The notes under the pieces were generated by a model, which worked only from the letters and a program-made list of their open reading frames with translations, had not been told where the DNA came from and did not search any database. From the NCBI RefSeq assembly GCF_000012925.1, contig NC_007517.1, positions 1,020,001 through 1,052,000 on the forward strand: a stretch of 32,000 bases of DNA, written 5' to 3'. Both the position numbers and the translations under genes were made by a program. Source of the stretch: Geobacter metallireducens GS-15 (GTDB lineage Bacteria > Desulfobacterota > Desulfuromonadia > Geobacterales > Geobacteraceae). Of the stretch, positions 1 through 6,999 are shown one piece after another; position 1 is the stretch's first letter, and each line of letters starts with the position of its first letter.

Positions 1-1
1 C

Positions 2-157
2 CCTCCCGGCGTGGTCCACGCCTACAAGAACGTCGGCGGAGAGAACGGGATCGTTTTCAACGCGCCGAACCGTCTCTATGCCGGCGAAGGGAAGAAATCG
101 CCGGTGGACGAGATCCGGCACGAAGAGGTGGAGGGGTCTCCCTTTACGCTCGATTGA
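2..157 (+). CDS. 3' end of a cupin-fold, RmlC-like (sugar epimerase-related) protein; the 5' end lies outside the window
   Basis: Frame-2 translation runs from the window edge to TGA at 155-157: PPGVVHAYKNVGGENGIVFNAPNRLYAGEGKKSPVDEIRHEEVEGSPFTLD. The PPGVxH..N.G strand is typical of RmlC-like cupins. It is absent from the ORF track because it has no start codon inside the window. Confidence 0.4.
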   Translation, partial: PPGVVHAYKNVGGENGIVFNAPNRLYAGEGKKSPVDEIRHEEVEGSPFTLD

Positions 158-183
158 TCAAGGACGTCACAGCCGTTGCCCTT

Positions 184-202
184 GATCGGCGATATGCCGA
201 TC
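184..202. repeat. Perfect 7-bp inverted repeat GATCGGC-N5-GCCGATC between the cupin gene and mreC; function unknown (weak hairpin or operator)
   Basis: Read directly: GATCGGC at 184-190, spacer gatat, GCCGATC at 196-202. No T-run follows, so it is not a convincing intrinsic terminator. Confidence 0.5.
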
Positions 203-263
203 TACCCTCGAATCTTTCGGCCGAACGGACCGTTTGCGGTTCCCGAGGCCAGAACATCGCTCC

Positions 264-1085
264 ATGCTCGAACTGATCAGGAAATACCGGTTCCACCTGC
301 TGACCGGCGCGGCCCTGCTGGCGGCCCTTGCCTTCTATTCCCTCAGCCTGCGGGATCGGGAGCACGCAAGCGGCTTTGAACGCATGGTCATCGATCTCTT
401 TGCGCCGGTTCACAACGTTGGTGCCGGTGTCAGCGGTTTTTTTTCCGGCGTCTGGAATGACTACATCGACCTGGTTGACGTCCGGGCAGAGAACAAGCAG
501 CTGCGCGAGTCGGTGAAGACCCTCAACTCCCGCCTGATCGAGAACCGGGAGGCAATCCACGAGAACATGCGGTTGAGGCAGCTCCTGGACCTGAAGGCGA
601 TCCAGCGGGCGCCGTCGGTGGCCGCCATGGTGATCGGTGAAGACAGCTCCCCCTGGTTCAAGACCCTGGTCATCAACCGGGGGGCGGTGGACGGCCTCCA
701 GGAAGGGATGCCGGTGGTGGCCGCCAACGGCGTGGTGGGCCAGGTGATCAAGGTGGCGGCGGGGAGTTCCCGCGTGTTGCTCCTCACCGACACCGCCAGC
801 GGCATAGCCTCGGTGGTCCAGCGTTCCCGGGCCAGGGGTGTTGTCAAGGGGAAGGGGGGCGGTCTCTGTTTCCTCGAATTCTCCCTCCGGGAGGAAGATG
901 TGAAGGTCGGCGACATGGTTGTGACCTCCGGCATCGGGGGGATCTTCCCCAAGGGGCTCGTCATCGGCGAAGTGACCATGGTGAGGAAGGGAGAATACGG
1001 CATCTTCCAGACCATCAGCGTTCGTCCGGCCGTGAATATGGCAAGGCTTGAGGAAGTTCTCGTTCTCTTGCAGAAGGCGCCATGA
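264..1085 (+). CDS. mreC: Rod shape-determining protein MreC
   Basis: ATG at 264; the ORF-track start at 234 is a TTG upstream extension. It has an N-terminal TM segment (LLTGAALLAALAFYSL) and a coiled-coil stretch (ENKQLRESVKTLNSRL...MRLRQLL). Beta-rich C-terminal motifs GMPVVAANGVVGQV and VVTSGIGGIFPKGLVIGEV are present. The stop overlaps the mreD start (ATGA at 1082-1085). Confidence 0.9.
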   Translation: MLELIRKYRFHLLTGAALLAALAFYSLSLRDREHASGFERMVIDLFAPVHNVGAGVSGFFSGVWNDYIDLVDVRAENKQLRESVKTLNSRLIENREAIHENMRLRQLLDLKAIQRAPSVAAMVIGEDSSPWFKTLVINRGAVDGLQEGMPVVAANGVVGQVIKVAAGSSRVLLLTDTASGIASVVQRSRARGVVKGKGGGLCFLEFSLREEDVKVGDMVVTSGIGGIFPKGLVIGEVTMVRKGEYGIFQTISVRPAVNMARLEEVLVLLQKAP

Positions 1086-1567
1086 TCAAGTTCCTCTGGT
1101 ACGCCATCCTTGTCTTCGCGGCGCTCGTCATGCAGGTAACCCTCTTTCCTGCGCATATTGCCGATCCCTTCAAGCCCAACCTCCTGATTATTTTCGTGGT
1201 CTACATGGGGCTGCGGGAGGGGGTCGCCTGGGGGGCGCTCGCCTACGTTCTCGGCCTCATCCATGACAGTTTCAGCGGTCTCTATCTGGGACTGAACGGT
1301 TTTTCCTACCTGATCATTTTTCTGGGGCTCACCATGGTGGCCGACCGCCTCTTCACCGACCGGCGCTCGCTCATGATCCTCGGGGTCTTTTCCTCAACCA
1401 TCGTCAATGGCCTCCTGAACCTGCTTCTGCTCTTTCTCTTCTCCTCAGCCCAGGGGATTTACGCAACCCTCCTCGAAAGCCTCGTCCCCCAGGCCCTTGT
1501 CAATGCCCTGGTCGCCTCCGTTATCTTCACCGTTCCCCCCCTTGCGCGGATTGGGGAGGCCCGATGA
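1082..1567 (+). CDS. mreD: Rod shape-determining protein MreD
   Basis: 161-aa polytopic hydrophobic protein lying between mreC and PBP2, with ATGA overlaps on both sides. Size and position are typical of MreD. Confidence 0.8.
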   Translation: MIKFLWYAILVFAALVMQVTLFPAHIADPFKPNLLIIFVVYMGLREGVAWGALAYVLGLIHDSFSGLYLGLNGFSYLIIFLGLTMVADRLFTDRRSLMILGVFSSTIVNGLLNLLLLFLFSSAQGIYATLLESLVPQALVNALVASVIFTVPPLARIGEAR

Positions 1568-3495
1568 ACGGGAAGGCCTACATCCGGCAGCCCAATGATC
1601 CCCGGAAGCAAAAGCAGATAATCATCCTGTCATGCTTCGTGGCCGCACTCTTCTTTCTGCTCCTGACCCGGCTCTGGTATCTCCAGATTGTCAAGGCCGA
1701 GGATTTTCAGAACAAGTCCGAAAGCAACCGGCTCCGCCTTGTTCCCGTGGCGGCGTCCCGGGGAACCATCTTTGATCGCAACGGCACGGTGCTCGTCAGC
1801 AATCGCCCCTCGTTCAGCGTTGCCGTTATTCCCCAGGAGGTGAAGGACCGCGATGCCCTCCTGGACCAGCTCTCTGCATATCTCGACATCGACCGGGCCG
1901 AGCTCCTGGAAAAATGGGAAAAGGGCAAGGGTAGGGCCCGGTACCATCCCATCGTCCTCGCTTCGGGGATTACCCGGGACCAGCTTGAGCTGCTGGAGGA
2001 GAAACGTCTCTGGCTTCCGGGGCTTGAGATTGAGGTCAAGCCGGTGCGCCAGTACGAGGCGGGAGTGCTCGCTTCACACCTCCTTGGCTATCTTGGCGAG
2101 GTATCCGATGATGAGCTGAAGTCCGATGCCTATGCCGGTTATAATTCGGGTGATTACATCGGTAAGAGCGGTATTGAGCGCAACTGGGAGCGGGTTCTCC
2201 ATGGTAAGGATGGCGGCCGGCAGATCGAGGTGGATGCCCGGGGCAGAATCCTGCGGACTCTCTCCGAGACTCCTCCCACGGTCGGTTCGAGCCTCGTTCT
2301 GACCATCGACGCGGAACTCCAGAAAAGGACCGAGCAGAGTTTCGGCGAGCAGGCGGGTGCGGCCGTGGTGATGGATGTCAACACCGGGGATATTCTTGCC
2401 TTTGCCAGTAATCCCGATTTCGACCCCGCCCTCTTCACCGGGCGGATGCCCCCCGAGAAGTGGAAAGAGTACCTGGAGGACAAACGCCACCCCCTGGAGA
2501 ACAAGGCCCTCAAGGGGCAGTATCCCCCCGGCTCCACCTTCAAGATCATTACCGCCCTTGCGGGGCTTGAGGAAGGGCTCATCGACGAGAAAACCTCGGT
2601 CGTCTGTAGAGGCACCTACACCCTCGGCGCGAGCAAGTTCGGCTGCTGGGAGCGAAAAGGTCACGGCACGGTGAATCTGAGGCGTGCGCTCAAGGAGTCG
2701 TGCGATGTCTATTTTTACCAGTTAGGTGAAAGGCTCGGCATCAACAAGATCGCAGCCTATGCCCGGGCGCTCGGTATGGGTTCCCCCATGGGGGTCGGGC
2801 TGGACAACGAGAAGGGCGGGCTTATCCCCACCTCGGAGTGGAAGGAGAAACGCCACAAGAAGAAATGGCTCCAGGGGGATACGCTTCCCGCTGCCATTGG
2901 CCAGGGGTACGTTCTCATGACGCCTATCCAGCTTGCGTCAATGATTGCTACCGTCGCCACCGACGGTGTTGTCTACCGTCCCCACCTTGTCAAACGCATC
3001 ATCGACCAGGACGGCAGGGCCCTCCAGGAGTTCAAGCCGGAGGTCATTGCCAGGCCACGAATCAGTGCCAGGAGTTTCAGACTGGTAAAGGAGGGGCTTT
3101 CCGCCGTCGTCAACGATCCCGGGGGGACCGGTGCCAGGGCGCGGCTCTACCAGGTGCAGGTAGCGGGTAAGACCGGTACGTCGCAGGTGGTGAAGCTCCG
3201 TGACAACAGAGGGGGGATCCCCTATCAATACCGGGACCATGCCCTCTTCGTCGCATTTGCCCCTTACGACAAACCCGAAGTGGCGGTGGCCGTGGTTATT
3301 GAGCATGGCGAGCACGGCGGCTCCGCAGCGGCTCCTATAGCGGGGAACATCCTCAGGGCCTATTTCGAGGGAAAGGGATCCATCAGGAAACCCGTCAGGA
3401 AAGATGTTCCCAGCGAGACGGGAGAGCAGGCAGGGCAGGAAACACCGGCATCCGAGCAAGGCGGCAGTGCGTCGCAAGGACAGCAAGAGCAATGA
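1564..3495 (+). CDS. mrdA: Penicillin-binding protein 2 (elongasome transpeptidase)
   Basis: N-terminal membrane anchor (IIILSCFVAALFFLLLTRLWYLQIV). Transpeptidase motifs STFK (SxxK), SCD (SxN/D) and KTGTS (KTG). A low-complexity Q/E/S-rich C-terminal tail. ATGA overlaps with mreD and rodA. Confidence 0.92.
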   Translation: MNGKAYIRQPNDPRKQKQIIILSCFVAALFFLLLTRLWYLQIVKAEDFQNKSESNRLRLVPVAASRGTIFDRNGTVLVSNRPSFSVAVIPQEVKDRDALLDQLSAYLDIDRAELLEKWEKGKGRARYHPIVLASGITRDQLELLEEKRLWLPGLEIEVKPVRQYEAGVLASHLLGYLGEVSDDELKSDAYAGYNSGDYIGKSGIERNWERVLHGKDGGRQIEVDARGRILRTLSETPPTVGSSLVLTIDAELQKRTEQSFGEQAGAAVVMDVNTGDILAFASNPDFDPALFTGRMPPEKWKEYLEDKRHPLENKALKGQYPPGSTFKIITALAGLEEGLIDEKTSVVCRGTYTLGASKFGCWERKGHGTVNLRRALKESCDVYFYQLGERLGINKIAAYARALGMGSPMGVGLDNEKGGLIPTSEWKEKRHKKKWLQGDTLPAAIGQGYVLMTPIQLASMIATVATDGVVYRPHLVKRIIDQDGRALQEFKPEVIARPRISARSFRLVKEGLSAVVNDPGGTGARARLYQVQVAGKTGTSQVVKLRDNRGGIPYQYRDHALFVAFAPYDKPEVAVAVVIEHGEHGGSAAAPIAGNILRAYFEGKGSIRKPVRKDVPSETGEQAGQETPASEQGGSASQGQQEQ

Positions 3496-4592
3496 TCGAT
3501 CGCAGACTTTTTACCAATTTCGACTGGACTCTCCTGGTGCTGGTGTTCCTCATCAGCGCCATGGGCATAGTCAATATCTACAGTGCGTCCGCTTCCTATA
3601 CCCTGGTGGGGGCACCCTATTACCTCAAGCAGTTCTACTGGATCGTTGCCGGCATGTTCCTGGTGGTGCTCGCCTGCAGTGTCGACTACCATCTGCTGGA
3701 GGACGTTACCTACTGGTTTTACGGGTTACTCTGCGTTGTGCTGGTTGCCGTCCTGCTGATGGGAAAGACATCCATGGGGGCCACTCGCTGGCTTCACCTC
3801 GGATTTTTCAGCATCCAACCATCCGAACCGATGAAGGTGGTCATGATTATGACCCTCGCACGGTTCCTTTCACGGTACCCGGCCGTCGACGGGTTAACCG
3901 TGCGGGATCTCGTCTATCCCCTGTTGTTCGTGGGGGGACCGGCAATCCTCATCATGAAGCAGCCCGACCTGGGCACTGCCATTGTCATAATTCTCATTGC
4001 CTGTTCCATGATTGCCTATGTAGGAGTCCGCTTGGCAACCCTCGTCGCCTGCCTTGCGGCAACCGTCCCCGCGATTTACCTGGGATGGCGCTATTACCTA
4101 CGTGATTACCAGAAAAACAGAATCCTCAACTTCCTCAATCCGGAACGCGATCCGCTCGGATCGGGCTACCATATCATCCAAAGCAAGATTGCAGTCGGTT
4201 CAGGGGGGATATTCGGCAAGGGGTTTACCCACGGGACCCAGACCCAGCTCCGTTTCCTCCCCGAACAGCACACCGATTTCGCATTCTCGGTTTTCGGCGA
4301 GGAGTGGGGGTTCATCGGGTGTCTGACGCTGCTGCTTCTCTACCTGTTCCTCATTTTCTGGGGACTCCACATTGCCGGCAGGTGTAACGACCGATTCGGC
4401 AGCCTTATGGCCGTCGGGGTGACGGCCATGCTCTTCTGGCATACCATCATCAATATCGGCATGGTAATCGGGGTATTCCCGGTTGTCGGCGTTCCCCTCC
4501 CGCTTTTCTCCTATGGCGGCACCTCAATGATCACCTCCATGATTGGTGTGGGAGTGCTGCTCAATATCAGCATGCGCAGGTTCATGTTCTAG
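3492..4592 (+). CDS. rodA: SEDS-family peptidoglycan glycosyltransferase RodA
   Basis: 366-aa multi-TM protein with FtsW/RodA/SpoVE signatures (PEQHTDFAFSVFGEEWGFIG, PLPLFSYGGTSM). It follows mrdA with an ATGA overlap. Confidence 0.92.
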   Translation: MIDRRLFTNFDWTLLVLVFLISAMGIVNIYSASASYTLVGAPYYLKQFYWIVAGMFLVVLACSVDYHLLEDVTYWFYGLLCVVLVAVLLMGKTSMGATRWLHLGFFSIQPSEPMKVVMIMTLARFLSRYPAVDGLTVRDLVYPLLFVGGPAILIMKQPDLGTAIVIILIACSMIAYVGVRLATLVACLAATVPAIYLGWRYYLRDYQKNRILNFLNPERDPLGSGYHIIQSKIAVGSGGIFGKGFTHGTQTQLRFLPEQHTDFAFSVFGEEWGFIGCLTLLLLYLFLIFWGLHIAGRCNDRFGSLMAVGVTAMLFWHTIINIGMVIGVFPVVGVPLPLFSYGGTSMITSMIGVGVLLNISMRRFMF

Positions 4593-4996
4593 TACTCTCC
4601 TCCCGGTAGACAGCCCCTCAAGCCTCGCATGAATGCATCTCCTGAGACCGTCGGGAACGGCGCTTTGATCAGTTTTCTGTTTGGGTCCGAAGGTTGCAAT
4701 TTAATTGGTAGTCTGTTGAAAAGACTACTGCCAGTGGGCCCGCTGGATAGAGGAAAAGCGCATGATTACAAAGGTTTTTTTGAGCAGCCTCCAGTTCTTT
4801 CGTGTGGTGCTCCGGCGAAGGGGTAAGCTATTTCACCGGATGTCCGGTTATTTGACGGTGGCTTAACGAGTGTTGCGTGGGTGGGAGCGTTACGACAATG
4901 AATGCGTTGTGGAAAAAATGAAGAAGTTTTGCCCTCTTACGAATGCGGCTCACATTGCTGTGTCAAAATGCCAACTTGAAGGGCAATAAAATTTAT

Positions 4997-5024
4997 TTGA
5001 TAATTGTGGCGGTGCCTATAGAAT
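4997..5024 (+). promoter_or_regulatory. Candidate sigma70-type promoter TTGATA-N16-TAGAAT upstream of the cytochrome gene
   Basis: TTGATA at 4997-5002 and TAGAAT at 5019-5024, with a 16-nt spacer, inside the AT-rich intergenic region. It is immediately preceded by the AT palindrome AATAAA-A-TTTATT (4985-4997). Pattern match only. Confidence 0.3.
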
Positions 5025-5043
5025 GCAGTATACAAAATCCGCC

Positions 5044-5071
5044 TTGACAAAACATTTCTGCACGTTAAAGT
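5044..5071 (+). promoter_or_regulatory. Candidate sigma70-type promoter TTGACA-N16-TAAAGT upstream of the cytochrome gene
   Basis: Consensus -35 TTGACA at 5044-5049, a 16-nt spacer, then TAAAGT at 5066-5071. It would give a 5' UTR of roughly 360 nt. Pattern match only. Confidence 0.3.
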
Positions 5072-5437
5072 AATTCACTTGGTTAGTGAGTGTTAATCAG
5101 TGGGGAGGACTTTTAGGGATTGACATGCTATTCAGTGCTCGGATGACTTCCTCCGAAATCTAGTGCTTCAGGATGGATATGACGAGCAATTCAGATGCAG
5201 AATATGAACGATTCTAAAACAGGGAATGCTTCGCAGATTTGAGTGATGTTTTTTGCTTTTTGGCTGGAAGGATAGGGCGCTACTTCATTCCCGGTTCATG
5301 AAATGTGATGGTTGATCGTGTAGGCAGGGTTTTCACAATCTTAACGCGAAGGAGGTGATGACAGGAGGTCTTTTGATTCAACTGTTGTCGTAAATGAAAA
5401 TTCTCTGCAGTTAATTACGCGAAAGGAGCAGAAAGGG

Positions 5438-6907
5438 ATGAAAAAGAAGATTTTGTTGAGCGCTGGGCTCGCAGTAACGGCAATTCTTGGTTTTGCCGCT
5501 GTCAACTGGGCTGTGGTACCCCCGCCGCCGGTTAACCAGAATGGAGGCATCTACGATACGACGTTTTCGGCGTTGACCCGTGCTGACTGTCTGCAGGCCG
5601 CCCCGTGTCACGTGAGTGATACGGTCGTGGTTCCCCGTCACCACAACCTGACACTGCCGCCGCGGCAGCTGAGCTGCTACGGCGACCCGACCGCCAACCC
5701 GGTTACCGGCTGCCACCAGCTGGTCCCCGACGGGGCGGGCGGATTCACCTTTGCTGATTTCCGGGATTGCCTCCGCTGCCACTCCAAGACTCCGCACCAT
5801 ATCACAACCCAAGCCCAGCAGCAGGACTGCAAGTTCTGCCACGGCAGCTTCATTGACAATCCGCTGGATGGCCATACCATCCCGACCTACGCCAAATCTT
5901 CGGTCACTCCCGAAACCAAGTGGCGCGGCAACAACCCCACCTCCCCGCAGAACTACGGCGGTTGCGCGGCATGCCACCAGGCTGCTGTAGCCTCCCCCAC
6001 CGTCGGACCGAAGGACATCAAGAGCAACGCCGATAACCACCACGGGACCGGCCTCGGTGCTCCGACTTCCACGACCGGCCAGCCGATCCAGGTCGGTGAC
6101 TGCACCTGGTGCCACGGCGGTGTGCCGGGCGACGTCAACTTCCTTGACATCCGGACCTGCGAGCGTTGCCATGGCATCAAGTCGCTCCACAACATTGAGA
6201 ACCCCTCCGGTGCCGGGCCTAACGGCTCCACGCTCGGAACCAACGTCGTCCCGGGTGCCATGCCGCTCGGTTACGGCCACATCGGCGCTGACTTCGATTG
6301 CTGGGGCTGCCACGGTACGTTCAAGAAGTATGCAACCGATCCGTCTCCGGCCGGTGCGGTTGTACCGTTCGTATCCGACCTGAGCACCAGGGTCCTCATC
6401 GCCAACCAGTCTAACGCACTCACCATCACTGGTGGCAGCTTCACCAACCAGAGCAACGGCGTAGACTTCACTTCATCCGTTACCCTTACCAATGGTTCGG
6501 TCACGGTCAATGTCCAGCCGACCTCCATTACCGTGAGCGAGATTCAGGTAAACATCCCGGCTCTTCCGGTCGGCACCTACGACCTGCTCGTGGTCAAGGG
6601 CGACAAGCAGAGCAACCTGACTCGCGTTGCCGTACTTCCGCTCCTCACCATCAAGTCGGCTTCGGTCAGCGGCGGCACGGTTACCATCACTGGTAGCGGC
6701 TTCGGTGATGCTCCTGCTACCGACGTGAACACCGGCCTTGGCCTCTTCGCCGCGGACGGCAGCCAGATCCCCGTTTCGTTCTGGGGTAATGGTAAGATTG
6801 TCGGTTCAAGCACTGCCGTCAAGGCAGGCAGCACCGTTACCGTGAAGACCCTTTACGGACCTACCAGCGCCCTCGTTACCGGCGCAGGCAAGAAGGCCAA
6901 GCGGTAA
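5438..6907 (+). CDS. omcZ: Secreted octaheme c-type cytochrome with two C-terminal IPT/TIG (Ig-like) domains; OmcZ-type nanowire subunit precursor
   Basis: AAAGGAG lies 9 nt upstream of the ATG. Signal peptide MKKKILLSAGLAVTAILGFAAVNWA. Six CxxCH motifs: C111, C131, C176, C222, C241, C288. Two CH-terminated non-canonical sites: C51-x5-C57-H58 and C80-x11-C92-H93. The heme-free C-terminal ~185 aa contain two IPT-like repeats (ALTITGGSFT..., GTVTITGSGFGD...). The gene symbol is assigned from this architecture plus the adjacent subtilisin gene, not from an alignment. Confidence 0.8.
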   Translation: MKKKILLSAGLAVTAILGFAAVNWAVVPPPPVNQNGGIYDTTFSALTRADCLQAAPCHVSDTVVVPRHHNLTLPPRQLSCYGDPTANPVTGCHQLVPDGAGGFTFADFRDCLRCHSKTPHHITTQAQQQDCKFCHGSFIDNPLDGHTIPTYAKSSVTPETKWRGNNPTSPQNYGGCAACHQAAVASPTVGPKDIKSNADNHHGTGLGAPTSTTGQPIQVGDCTWCHGGVPGDVNFLDIRTCERCHGIKSLHNIENPSGAGPNGSTLGTNVVPGAMPLGYGHIGADFDCWGCHGTFKKYATDPSPAGAVVPFVSDLSTRVLIANQSNALTITGGSFTNQSNGVDFTSSVTLTNGSVTVNVQPTSITVSEIQVNIPALPVGTYDLLVVKGDKQSNLTRVAVLPLLTIKSASVSGGTVTITGSGFGDAPATDVNTGLGLFAADGSQIPVSFWGNGKIVGSSTAVKAGSTVTVKTLYGPTSALVTGAGKKAKR

Positions 6908-6920
6908 TTTTTGATGTTCC

Positions 6921-6958
6921 GGGATAGGGGAGGGAGTTTCTCCCCTATCCCACTTTTT
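6921..6958 (+). terminator. Rho-independent terminator downstream of the cytochrome gene
   Basis: GGGATAGGGGA (6921-6931) pairs perfectly with TCCCCTATCCC (6941-6951) across a 9-nt loop. A T-run (TTTTT) follows at 6954-6958. It starts 14 nt after the stop codon. Confidence 0.85.
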
Positions 6959-6999
6959 ACCTGTTTACCGGCTGCTTCCCATTGATTAAGAGGTACACC

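Noticed and set aside
1-263. Absence of mreB immediately upstream of mreC
   Set aside because: The upstream gene is a cupin-like protein, but mreB may simply be encoded elsewhere or further upstream. This cannot be evaluated from the window.
4708-4728. Hairpin GTAGTCT-gttgaaa-AGACTAC, and a 5-bp ACCGG/CCGGT hairpin near 4835, as possible rodA terminators
   Set aside because: The stems are short and AU-containing with no downstream T-tract. They are too weak to call as intrinsic terminators.
4629-4826. 65-aa ORF in the rodA-cytochrome intergenic region, plus mini-ORFs at 4918-4989 (23 aa) and 5358-5393 (11 aa, MTGGLLIQLLS)
   Set aside because: None has a convincing ribosome-binding site at proper spacing; for 5358 the GGAGG ends only 2 nt before the ATG. 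Composition is not protein-like and no motifs are present. A leader-peptide role for 5358-5393 cannot be excluded but is unsupported.
4593-5437. Search for a GEMM-I/cyclic-dinucleotide riboswitch or a sigma54 (-24 GG / -12 GC) promoter upstream of the cytochrome gene
   Set aside because: I found no ACGCAAAGC/GGCAAACC-type GEMM core. No TGGC...TTGC pair has the required 12-nt GG-to-GC register; the candidates near 4707, 4861 and 5006 are off by 1-5 nt. An absence judged by eye is weak evidence, so an Infernal scan is still recommended.
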